DNA of 64,000 nucleotides from an uncultured Pseudomonadota bacterium (lineage in GTDB: Bacteria > Pseudomonadota > Gammaproteobacteria > Burkholderiales > SG8-39): NCBI GenBank assembly GCA_963817785.1, contig CAWFPL010000001.1:19466-83465 (forward strand), written 5' to 3'. Shown here piece by piece: positions 1-8,770 of the stretch. The notes beneath the pieces were generated by a model. The model was not told the DNA's origin, ran no database searches, and saw only the letters and a list, made by a program, of their open reading frames with translations. Numbering within the stretch: the stretch's first letter is position 1; the number at the start of each line of letters is the position of its first letter. The translations under genes were made by a program, and so were the position numbers.

Positions 1-512
<512 letters not shown>

Positions 513-723
513 TCAGGGGCCGAATAGCCGCGTGCTCCTTGAGGCCTTTCAGCCGCCGGCGCCGAGACCTGCCCCGGCCTAGCGCTCTGATTTGGCTGCA
601 GAGATTCACGCGGGAACTTTTTTGTGGCAGATCAAATCTTACTCGTAGACGATGTTGATCGTCTCCCGCTTCTCCTCCCTGAGCGGGTGCCTTAATCCCA
701 ATTAAGGCATTTTCGCCCCCGGT

Positions 724-1362
724 TTACATCCCCTTTGCCGGGGGCCTTTTATTCCCCGGGCCTGGCTGCGCGGCACGCAGCCAGGCTTCGAGCAGCGAGC
801 GCGCCTCCTCGACCCCCTCGCCCGTCAGGCTGGAAAACAGGCGTAATTCGACCCGCGCCGCCGTAGCCGAGAGGGCTTCTCGCATGCCCTGCAGCGCCGC
901 CTGGCGCGCGGCGCGCGAAAGCTTGTCGCATTTGGACAGCAGGATGAGCAGCGGCCGCCCTAGCGGCTCGAGCCAGCGGATGACTTGCGCGTCCTGAGGC
1001 GTGAGCGAACGGCGTGCGTCCAGGATCACCACCACCGCCGCCAGCGAGGCACGTCCCTGGAGATAGCCGCCGACCAGGCGGTCCCACTGCGCCCGCACCG
1101 CCTGCGGCACACGCGCGTAGCCATAGCCGGGCAAGTCGACCAGGCGCCCCATCGCACCCAGATCGAAAAAGTTGAGCGTCTGGGTGCGGCCCGGGGTCTT
1201 TGACACGAATGCAAGCCGTCGGCGCCCCGCGAGCGCATTGATCGCGCTCGATTTGCCGACATTCGAGCGCCCGACGATTGCCAGCTCTGGCGGCCCCTCG
1301 GGGGGCAATTGCTCCAAGCGTGCCACCGAGATGCTGAAGGCTGCCTGCGAGAGCGCGCTCAC
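724..1362 (-). CDS. engB: Ribosome-biogenesis GTPase EngB/YihA
   Basis: 212 aa. G1 motif GRSNVGKSS, DLPGYGYA, and LSKCDK (G4 NKxD-like). Typical EngB length. Confidence 0.9.
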   Translation of the reverse strand: MSALSQAAFSISVARLEQLPPEGPPELAIVGRSNVGKSSAINALAGRRRLAFVSKTPGRTQTLNFFDLGAMGRLVDLPGYGYARVPQAVRAQWDRLVGGYLQGRASLAAVVVILDARRSLTPQDAQVIRWLEPLGRPLLILLSKCDKLSRAARQAALQGMREALSATAARVELRLFSSLTGEGVEEARSLLEAWLRAAQPGPGNKRPPAKGM

Positions 1363-1435
1363 GATGCTCCGGAAATAAAAAGGAGAAATTGTAATAAAAT
1401 TGCGCGCTTCGATCGGGATCCACGGGAGTCACCGC

Positions 1436-2074
1436 ATGAACCGAGTTCTGGCGGCCGCCGCCAGCGTTGCCCTGCTGTCGTGTGCCGCGCAAGCGCTGGC
1501 CCAGGACCTCACCAAAGTCGACGTCGCGAAGGGCAAGCAGATCGTGAGCCAGGTATGCGTCGCGTGCCACGCTGCCGATGGCAACAGCGTCAGTCCCGCC
1601 AATCCCAAGCTCGCCGGACAGATCCCGGAGTATCTGTACAAGCAACTGCACGATTTCAAGGCCGAGGGCGGCAAGCCGGCCCGGCGCCAGAACCCGATTA
1701 TGGCGGGTATGGTCGCGAGTCTCTCGGATTCCGACATGCGCGACTTGGCGGCGTACTTCGGCGGCCAGACGCTCAAGCCGGCCGTGGCGCACGACAAGGA
1801 TCTCGCCGCGCAAGGCCAGAAGCTGTATCGCGGCGGCGATGCTGCCACCGGCGTGCCGGCCTGCGCGGCCTGCCACGGTCCGAGCGGCGCGGGCATCCCG
1901 ATCGAGTTCCCGCGTCTCGGCGGCCAATTTTCCGAGTACGTGGAAGCGCAGCTCAAGGCCTTCAAGTCGGGCGAGCGCGCCAACGATCGGAAGGCGATGA
2001 TGCGCACCATCGCCGCGCGCATGAGCGACCAGCAGATCAAGGCGCTCGCGCAGTACGTCGCCGGACTGCGCTAG
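1436..2074 (+). CDS. Dihaem cytochrome c4
   Basis: Two CxxCH motifs (CVACH, CAACH) in two repeated halves. Signal peptide MNRVLAAAASVALLSCAAQALA. I start at the internal ATG (1436) rather than the track start 1400. Divergent from engB, as is common in beta/gammaproteobacteria. Confidence 0.88.
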   Translation: MNRVLAAAASVALLSCAAQALAQDLTKVDVAKGKQIVSQVCVACHAADGNSVSPANPKLAGQIPEYLYKQLHDFKAEGGKPARRQNPIMAGMVASLSDSDMRDLAAYFGGQTLKPAVAHDKDLAAQGQKLYRGGDAATGVPACAACHGPSGAGIPIEFPRLGGQFSEYVEAQLKAFKSGERANDRKAMMRTIAARMSDQQIKALAQYVAGLR

Positions 2075-2146
2075 CGCCGGCGACGGGAGCCGCTGCGGCC
2101 CCGAGGTCGCGTTCCGGGCACCTTCCTGCGAACCTCGCATCCCCGC

Positions 2147-3532
2147 TTGAGCACTCCCGGCTTCGATCTGCTCGTCATAGGCTCCGGCCCTGGCGGCTAC
2201 CGCGCCGCGGTGCTGGCCGCGACGCGCGGCTTGTCGGTCGCGATAGTCGAGAAAGACGCCTGGGGCGGCGCCTGCCTGAATCGCGGCTGCGTGCCGAAGA
2301 AGGCCTGGTACCAGACCGCGCGCCTGCTGGCGGCGGCGCAACGCTTCGCCGGACGGGGCGTCACGGGCACCCTCTCGCCGGACCTGGCCGCCGCCTGGCG
2401 GCAGCAGCGCGAGATCGTGCAGACCGTGCGCGCAAGCTACGTTGGCTATCTCGAGCGCCTGGGGGTCAGGCGCTACGCGGGCGTCGCGCGCTTCTCGGCC
2501 GCGGACCGGCTCGAGGTGAACGGCGAAAGTCTGCTCGCGAGCCATTTCGTCATCGCCAGCGGCTCGCGCCCGTCCCTGCCGCCGGCGTTGCGCGGCTCGG
2601 TGCGCGCGCTGACCACCGACGAGCTGTTCGAGCAACCGCTGCCATCCGGCCGGCGCGTGGCGCTGGTCGGCGGCGGCGCGGTCGGCGTCGAGATGGCCTT
2701 CATCCTGAGCGCCCTCGGCCTGGAGATCGTCTGGCTCACCGGGCGTGAGCCGCTGTCGGGCGCGCGCTTCTCGCAGCCGGCGAAAAAGCGCCTACGCGAG
2801 GCGCTGGCGATACACGGCGTGGCGCCGCGCCTGCGCAGCCGGCCGACCGGCTGCAGCGAGCGCGACGGCACGCTCGAGTTGCGTCTTCCCGACGGCGTCG
2901 AGCGCGTCGATTGGCTGCTCGCGGGCACGGGAAGGACGCCGAACACCGATGGCTTGGGTCTCGAGGTCGTGGGCGTCGAGCTTACGCACCAGGGCTTCGT
3001 CCGGGTCGACGACGCGCAGCGCACGAGCAACGCGCGTATCTTCGCCATCGGCGACTGCGCCAATCCCGCCATGACCGCGAATCACGCCCTCGCCGAGGCG
3101 AGCGTCGCCGTCGCCGGCATCACGACGCCGGGCGCGCGGCGCGCGCGCCGCGCCTGGGTTCCCGAGGTCATCTACTCGGCACTGGAGCTCGCGCGCGTGG
3201 GTGAAACCGAGGACGAGCTCGAAGAAGCCGGGCGCGAGTACGCGGTCGGTTTCTCGGCGTTTGCGGCGAACCCGGCCGCCCTCGGAGAGGGCGATGCCGA
3301 AGGGTATGTGCGCGTGCTGGTCGACGCCGAAGGCGGCGACCTGCTCGGCTGCGAGATCGCCGGCGCGCAGGCCGGCGAGCTAGTGCATCTGGCGCAGCAG
3401 GGAGCCGCCGGCGAGGCGCTGCTCGCGCGGTTGGCGCGCGAGCGCTTCAATCACCCCAGTCGCGCGGAGGAGCTGCTGAATGCGGCCGAGGGGCTGATCG
3501 GGCGCTGGGGCCTGGGCGCGGGTGCGGAATAG
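2147..3532 (+). CDS. Class I pyridine nucleotide-disulfide oxidoreductase (dihydrolipoamide dehydrogenase / glutathione reductase family)
   Basis: GSGPGGYRAA FAD fold, redox disulfide GGACLNRGCVPKK, second GGGAVGVE NAD fold, C-terminal HPSRAEE dimerisation motif. TTG start. Substrate not assignable. Confidence 0.8.
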   Translation: MSTPGFDLLVIGSGPGGYRAAVLAATRGLSVAIVEKDAWGGACLNRGCVPKKAWYQTARLLAAAQRFAGRGVTGTLSPDLAAAWRQQREIVQTVRASYVGYLERLGVRRYAGVARFSAADRLEVNGESLLASHFVIASGSRPSLPPALRGSVRALTTDELFEQPLPSGRRVALVGGGAVGVEMAFILSALGLEIVWLTGREPLSGARFSQPAKKRLREALAIHGVAPRLRSRPTGCSERDGTLELRLPDGVERVDWLLAGTGRTPNTDGLGLEVVGVELTHQGFVRVDDAQRTSNARIFAIGDCANPAMTANHALAEASVAVAGITTPGARRARRAWVPEVIYSALELARVGETEDELEEAGREYAVGFSAFAANPAALGEGDAEGYVRVLVDAEGGDLLGCEIAGAQAGELVHLAQQGAAGEALLARLARERFNHPSRAEELLNAAEGLIGRWGLGAGAE

Positions 3533-3573
3533 ACCGCCCGCCGGGACTGTTGACACACGAAAGAGAAAACGCG

Positions 3574-4266
3574 ATGCAGGCGAGCGCGGCGGGCGCCGAG
3601 CGCGAAGTCCGGGTTTGGGATCTCCCGGTGCGCTTGTTTCATTGGACGCTGGTGGCGCTGTTTGCGTTCCAGTTCTGGAGCGGACAGACGGGGGGAAACG
3701 CGATGCAGTGGCATCTTTATGCCGGTTACGCCACGCTCGTGCTGGTGCTGTTTCGCATCCTGTGGGGGCTGCTCGGCAGCTCATACGCGCGTTTCGCCAA
3801 TTTCGTGCAAGGACCGGCGGCGTGCCGGCACTACGCGAGGCAGTTGTACTCGCGCCAGCCGGCGCCGAGCGCCGGACACAATCCGCTCGGCGGCTGGATG
3901 GTGCTGTTGCTGCTCGCCGCGCTCGCGCTGCAGACGGTCACCGGTCTGTTCGCCAACGACCAGATCGCGACTCAGGGCCCGCTCGCCGACTTGGTATCGG
4001 ACGCCTGGTCCGACCGCCTGAGTACCGTGCATGTGTGGAACTTCTACGTGCTGCTCGGGCTGGCGTGCCTGCACGTCGCGGCCGTGCTTTACCACTGGCT
4101 GGTGAAAAAGGAGAATCTGGTCGGCGCCATGTTCACGGGCGTGAAACGCCTGCCCGGCGAGCTCGCCGAGACCGCTGTCGCGCGCTTCGCCAGTCCGTGG
4201 CGGGCGCTGACCCTGTTTGCCGCTGCGCTGCTCGCGGTGTACCTGATCGTGCTACGACCTTTCTGA
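3574..4266 (+). CDS. Cytochrome b561-family membrane protein (Ni/Fe-hydrogenase b-type cytochrome subunit-like)
   Basis: VRVWDLPVRLFHW opening and four hydrophobic helices with conserved His (WHLYAGY, VHVWNF, LHVAAVLYHW). The ATG at 3574 is preferred over the TTG at 3550. Confidence 0.75.
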   Translation: MQASAAGAEREVRVWDLPVRLFHWTLVALFAFQFWSGQTGGNAMQWHLYAGYATLVLVLFRILWGLLGSSYARFANFVQGPAACRHYARQLYSRQPAPSAGHNPLGGWMVLLLLAALALQTVTGLFANDQIATQGPLADLVSDAWSDRLSTVHVWNFYVLLGLACLHVAAVLYHWLVKKENLVGAMFTGVKRLPGELAETAVARFASPWRALTLFAAALLAVYLIVLRPF

Positions 4267-4276
4267 GGACAAGCGA

Positions 4277-4735
4277 ATGAAGAAGAAACTGGCCGTCACC
4301 CTGCTCGCAGCCGCGACCGGCGCGGGCTTCGCGCTGAGCGCGCTCGCGCAGCACAAGCCAGAGGATCTGGTGAAGCATCGCCAGGCGGCCATGACCCTCA
4401 TTGCCTGGTACTTCGGGCCGATCGGGGCCATGATCAACGACAAGATCCCGTTCAACGCCAAGATCGCGGCGCGCAACGCGGGCTACCTCGTGACTCTGTC
4501 CAAGATGCCGCTCGAGGGCTTCGATCCGAGCACCGCCGGGGCGAAGCATACCAAGGCGAAGGACAAGATCTATCACGAGATGGACAAGTTCAAGGAGCAC
4601 ATGGAGAAGATGCAGAACGCGGTCGAGAAGCTCGACAAGGCTGCGCAGACCGGCAACGAAGGCGAGATCAAGGTCGCGTTCGGTGAGACTGGCAAGAGCT
4701 GCAAGTCCTGCCACGACGACTTTCGCGCCAAGTAG
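4277..4735 (+). CDS. Cytochrome c-prime (class II c-type cytochrome, NO/CO-binding)
   Basis: 152 aa, signal peptide, and a single C-terminal haem motif CKSCHDDFR typical of four-helix-bundle class II cytochromes. Confidence 0.8.
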   Translation: MKKKLAVTLLAAATGAGFALSALAQHKPEDLVKHRQAAMTLIAWYFGPIGAMINDKIPFNAKIAARNAGYLVTLSKMPLEGFDPSTAGAKHTKAKDKIYHEMDKFKEHMEKMQNAVEKLDKAAQTGNEGEIKVAFGETGKSCKSCHDDFRAK

Positions 4736-4748
4736 CGCGCGCCGCGCC

Positions 4749-4767
4749 GGCCCCGATCCGCGGGGCC
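4749..4767 (+). terminator. Weak hairpin after the cytochrome c-prime gene
   Basis: GGCCCCG-atccg-CGGGGCC 14 nt after the stop. The T run (cttttg) is displaced by 5 nt, so it is only a weak intrinsic-terminator candidate. Confidence 0.3.
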
Positions 4768-4817
4768 TGCGCTTTTGCGCCGGTGGAATAGCGGGCCGCC
4801 GCGGGCTGTTTTGATCC

Positions 4818-5318
4818 ATGAGCGACGCGCAACGGCTGCTTGAGCTGATTCCGCGGCTGCGGCGCTATGCGCGCGCGCTGGTCGGCGACCGCGCCGCGGC
4901 GGACGATCTGGTGCAGGACACGCTCGAGCGGGCGTGGCGCAAGCTCCATCTGTATCGCCCAGGCAGCGATCTGCGGGCGTGGTTGTTCACGGTCATGCAC
5001 AACGTGCACGTCAACCAGATTCGCGCGGTGCGGGCGACGGACCCCATCGACGAGGAGATGCCGGAGCTCGCGCCGCGCGCGGCGCAGCACGACGCGCTCC
5101 TGGTGCGCGACCTGGAGCGCGCACTCGCGCGACTGCCCGCGGAGCAGCGCGAAGTGCTGCTGCTGGTCGCGCTGGAGGATCTGAGCTACGAGGAAACGGC
5201 GCGCACGCTCGGCATCCCGATCGGCACCGTGATGTCGCGCCTGTCGCGCGCGCGCGAGAAGCTGCGCGTCATGCTGCTTGGCCTGCCGGCGGGTGCCAAG
5301 CTGCACGTGGTGAAATGA
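4818..5318 (+). CDS. ECF (group IV) RNA polymerase sigma factor
   Basis: 166 aa. Region 2 DLVQDTLERAW...FTVMHN, and region 4 HTH LSYEETARTLGIPIGTVMSRLSRAR. Confidence 0.9.
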   Translation: MSDAQRLLELIPRLRRYARALVGDRAAADDLVQDTLERAWRKLHLYRPGSDLRAWLFTVMHNVHVNQIRAVRATDPIDEEMPELAPRAAQHDALLVRDLERALARLPAEQREVLLLVALEDLSYEETARTLGIPIGTVMSRLSRAREKLRVMLLGLPAGAKLHVVK

Positions 5319-5336
5319 GCTGAAGTAAGCGAGGCG

Positions 5337-6113
5337 ATGTCCGAGAAACTGCCGATCACCGAAGCGGACCTGCAGGCTTACAGCGACGGCCGGCTCGCCG
5401 AGGGTCGGCGCGCCGAGCTCGATGCGTGGCTCGCGACGCGCGCTGAAGACGCCGAGCGCATCGCCGCCTATCGGCGGCTCAACGACGAGCTGCACGCGTT
5501 TTACGACCCGGTGCTCGATGAGCCGGTCCCCGAGCGCCTTCAGGCGGCGCCGCGCAGACGCTTGCGCCTGCGCGGCGTTGCCGCGGCGCTGAGCTGGCTC
5601 GCGCTCGGTGCGGTGATCGGTGCGGCCGCGGGCTGGCGTCTGCACCAGCCACCTCCCGCGTCGCTGGCGCGGGACGGCGCGCCGGGATTCGTGCACCGAG
5701 CGGCGATCGCGCACGCCACCTATTCGCCAGAGGTCAGGCACCCGGTCGAAGTCGGCGCCGATCAGGAGGCGCATCTGGTCGCGTGGCTGTCGAAGCGGCT
5801 CGGTGCCAAGGTGCGCGCCCCGAAGCTCGATGCGGCCGGCTTCGCGCTGGTCGGCGGCCGCCTGCTGCCGGGCGAGAACGGCCCGGTCGCGTATTTCATG
5901 TACCAGTCCGCCCAGGGCCAGCGCATCACGCTGTACGTGCGCACCGAAGCCCCGAAGCAGGGCGAGACGGCGTTCCGCTTCGCCCGCGAGGGCAACGTGC
6001 GGGTGTTCTACTGGATCGACCGCCGGTTCGGCTACGCGCTGTCCTCGATCGACGTGGGCAAGGGCGACCTGCTGCACGTGGCGAACCTGGTGTACCAGCA
6101 GCTCAATCCCTGA
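5337..6113 (+). CDS. Single-pass anti-sigma factor cognate to the upstream ECF sigma
   Basis: Lies 18 nt after the sigma gene. N-terminal anti-sigma helix region ([26 protein letters not shown]), one TM segment ([20 protein letters not shown]), and a periplasmic C-domain. There is no Cys, so no ZAS zinc motif. Confidence 0.65.
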   Translation: MSEKLPITEADLQAYSDGRLAEGRRAELDAWLATRAEDAERIAAYRRLNDELHAFYDPVLDEPVPERLQAAPRRRLRLRGVAAALSWLALGAVIGAAAGWRLHQPPPASLARDGAPGFVHRAAIAHATYSPEVRHPVEVGADQEAHLVAWLSKRLGAKVRAPKLDAAGFALVGGRLLPGENGPVAYFMYQSAQGQRITLYVRTEAPKQGETAFRFAREGNVRVFYWIDRRFGYALSSIDVGKGDLLHVANLVYQQLNP

Positions 6114-6199
6114 GCGGTCGAGGCGGTCGCCGGGCGTATGATGACTCGTGTAAGGCGGCGCGCTCCGGCGCGACCAACGGTCCAAGGAGCGACCATTCC

Positions 6200-7192
6200 A
6201 TGCTGATCAAAAAGCCTTGCGATACCCCTTCGTCCGAGATCACTCTCCGGGCGGTCTACCGGGACCGCCGCCGCTTTCTTGCCGCTGCCGGCCTGGGGGC
6301 GGCGGCGGCCGTAGCCGGGGTGGCCGCGCAGCGCGCGCACGCAGTTACCCCCGACTCCGCGCACCCGGGCAAGCTGCCGCTGCTGCCTGCCGCAAAGAAC
6401 GCCGGCCTGTCCGTGACCGAAGCGCTCACGCCTTACGAGGACGTGACCAGCTACAACAACTTCTACGAATTCGGTACCAGCAAGAGTGACCCTGCGAGAT
6501 ACGCCGGCAGCCTGCAAACGCGGCCGTGGACCGTGACAGTCGAAGGCGAGGTCCTCAAGCCGCGTACCTTCGGCATCGAGGATCTTCTGCGACTCGCGCC
6601 GATGGAGGAGCGCGTCTATCGTCACCGCTGCGTGGAGGGCTGGTCCATGGTGATTCCCTGGATCGGCTATTCGCTGTCCAACCTGCTCAAGGCAGTGCAG
6701 CCCAAGGGCAGCGCCAAGTACGTGGAATTCTTCACCCTGCTCAACCCGCCGCAGATGCCGGGGCAGAACTCCACGATCCTGCAATGGCCCTATCGCGAAG
6801 GGCTGCGCATGGACGAGGCCATGCATCCGCTCACGCTGCTGACCTTCGGCTTGTACGGCGAGGTGCTGCCCAACCAGGACGGCGCGCCCATGCGCATGGT
6901 CATCCCCTGGAAATACGGCTTCAAGGGGGGCAAGTCGATCGTGCGCATCCGCCTAGTGGAGCAGCAGCCCGTCACCTCGTGGATGCGCGCGGTGCCCGAG
7001 TGGTATGGGTTTTATTCCAACGTCAATCCTAACGTCAGTCCGCAGAACTGGAGCCAGGCGAACGAGCGGCGCATCGGCCACGGCGGTTTCGGCGGCCTGT
7101 TCGCTCCGCGGATACCCACGCAGATGTTCAACGGCTACGGCGCCCAGGTGGCCCACCTCTATCAGGGCATGAACCTGACCAAGGACTTTTGA
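6200..7192 (+). CDS. msrP: Periplasmic protein-methionine-sulfoxide reductase, molybdopterin catalytic subunit MsrP (YedY)
   Basis: Internal ATG of track ORF 5783..7192 (in frame, offset 417 nt). Tat-type signal [21 protein letters not shown], and YedY-family blocks [25 protein letters not shown]. Confidence 0.9.
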   Translation: MLIKKPCDTPSSEITLRAVYRDRRRFLAAAGLGAAAAVAGVAAQRAHAVTPDSAHPGKLPLLPAAKNAGLSVTEALTPYEDVTSYNNFYEFGTSKSDPARYAGSLQTRPWTVTVEGEVLKPRTFGIEDLLRLAPMEERVYRHRCVEGWSMVIPWIGYSLSNLLKAVQPKGSAKYVEFFTLLNPPQMPGQNSTILQWPYREGLRMDEAMHPLTLLTFGLYGEVLPNQDGAPMRMVIPWKYGFKGGKSIVRIRLVEQQPVTSWMRAVPEWYGFYSNVNPNVSPQNWSQANERRIGHGGFGGLFAPRIPTQMFNGYGAQVAHLYQGMNLTKDF

Positions 7193-7217
7193 GCGCGTAC
7201 TGCGCGGTGGCCTCCTC

Positions 7218-7940
7218 GTGCGTCAGGCTGCGACAACCATGAACGGCCACTCGGCCGGCCGCGCCCCCGCCGCCAGCTTGTCGTTGCGCCTTCGGCGCGC
7301 GACCCTGCAGGCGCGTTGGTTCAAGCCTGCGCTGCTCATCCTGGGTCTGGTGCCGCTGACATCATTGGTCTGGAGGGCCGTGGCGCTGCAACTCGGGCCC
7401 AACCCCGAGCAGACGCTGATCTGGACCACCGGGCTGTGGGCGCTGCGCTTTCTGCTTTTCACTCTGGCCGTCACGCCACTGCGCCGGCTCACGGGCTGGG
7501 CCGAGCTGGCGCGCTTGCGGCGCATGCTGGGGCTGTTTGCCTTCAGCTATGGCGCGCTGCATTTCACCTGCTACCTCTGGCTGGTGAACGATTTCAACCT
7601 GGACTCAGTGCTGAAGAGCGTGGTCAAGCATCCGTTCGTGCTCGCGGGCATGACGGCGCTCCTGCTGATGCTGCCGCTTGCCGCCACCTCGACCAACGCC
7701 ATGGTCAAGCGCCTGGGGGCGGCGCGCTGGCAGGCCCTTCACAAGCTGGTGTACGTCGTGGCGGTGGTGGCGGTGTTCCACTTCTGGTGGTTCAAGCTGG
7801 CCAAAAACGACACTGCCGATCCGAAGCTGTACGCCCTCCTGTTCGGGATCCTGCTGGCGTACCGCGTGGCCAAGGCCTGGCAGGCGCGCCGAAGGCAGCC
7901 TGACCGCGCGCCGGCCGCTCACGCACGCCGGATGACGTAG
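7218..7940 (+). CDS. msrQ: MsrQ (YedZ) haem-b membrane subunit of the MsrPQ system
   Basis: Directly follows msrP. Six hydrophobic segments with conserved His (GALHFTCY, FHFWW). The start may be the ATG at 7239. Confidence 0.85.
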   Translation: MRQAATTMNGHSAGRAPAASLSLRLRRATLQARWFKPALLILGLVPLTSLVWRAVALQLGPNPEQTLIWTTGLWALRFLLFTLAVTPLRRLTGWAELARLRRMLGLFAFSYGALHFTCYLWLVNDFNLDSVLKSVVKHPFVLAGMTALLLMLPLAATSTNAMVKRLGAARWQALHKLVYVVAVVAVFHFWWFKLAKNDTADPKLYALLFGILLAYRVAKAWQARRRQPDRAPAAHARRMT

Positions 7941-8737
7941 CCGCCCGACTTTTCGTCGCGCTCGAGTGTCACCAGCTTGCGCTTCTCCGCCTCCTCGAGC
8001 AGATCGGAGAACGCGCGAAAGCCGAAATAGGACTCGCTGAAGCCGGGCTTCCTGCGCTTGAGGGTCTGCTTGACCATCGAGCCCCAGATCTTCTCCCCCT
8101 CGCCGCGCTCGGCGATCAGCGCGTCGACGGTCTCGAGCAGCAGGTCCATCGCTTCCTGCTGCTTCTCGTCGGCCCCCGAAGGCTCCTTGGCGGTGGTCGC
8201 GGGACGCGCTTCCTTTCGCTTGCGCGCCGCGCGCCGTTTCACTTCCTCCTCGCGCACGAGGTCGTCGTAATAGATGAATTCGTCGCAGTTTGCGATCAAC
8301 AGGTCGGAGGTCGAGTTCTTCACCCCGACGCCGATCACCGTTTTCGCGTTCTCGCGCAGCTTCGACACCAGCGGCGAGAAGTCCGAGTCGCCGCTGATGA
8401 TCACGAACGTGTCGACGTGCAACTTGGTGTAGCACAGGTCCAGCGCATCCACCACCATGCGGATGTCGGCCGAGTTCTTGCCCGACTGTCGCACGTGCGG
8501 GATCTCGATCAGCTCGAACGCGGCGCCGTGCATCGCGGCCTTGAATTCCTTGTAGCGCTCCCAGTCGCAGTACGCCTTCTTGACGACGATGCTGCCCTTG
8601 AGCAGCAGCCGCTCGAGCACGCGCTGCATATCGAATTGCGCGTACTTAGCGTCCCGCACCCCGAGCGCGATGTTCTCGAAGTCGCAGAACAGCGCCATGT
8701 TGCGGGTTTCCTGGCTGGCGGGCATGGCGGTCTCCAT
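7919..8737 (-). CDS. NYN-domain (LabA-like) putative RNase with C-terminal OST-HTH/LOTUS domain
   Basis: ALFCDFENIALG...KAYCDWERY...ISGDSDFSPLVSKLRE (NYN acidic residues), an acidic/basic linker, then WGSMVKQTLKRRKPGFSESYFGFRAFSDLLEEA (LOTUS-like). Its 3' end overlaps msrQ by 22 nt in convergent orientation. Confidence 0.8.
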   Translation of the reverse strand: METAMPASQETRNMALFCDFENIALGVRDAKYAQFDMQRVLERLLLKGSIVVKKAYCDWERYKEFKAAMHGAAFELIEIPHVRQSGKNSADIRMVVDALDLCYTKLHVDTFVIISGDSDFSPLVSKLRENAKTVIGVGVKNSTSDLLIANCDEFIYYDDLVREEEVKRRAARKRKEARPATTAKEPSGADEKQQEAMDLLLETVDALIAERGEGEKIWGSMVKQTLKRRKPGFSESYFGFRAFSDLLEEAEKRKLVTLERDEKSGGYVIRRA

Positions 8738-8770
8738 GTTTCGGCCGATGCTACCAGAAGCCCGCGAGGG

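Noticed and set aside
749-2748. 628-aa (-) and 479-aa (+) ORFs across engB and cytochrome c4
   Set aside because: They overlap two short, motif-bearing genes on the proper frames and have no motifs of their own.
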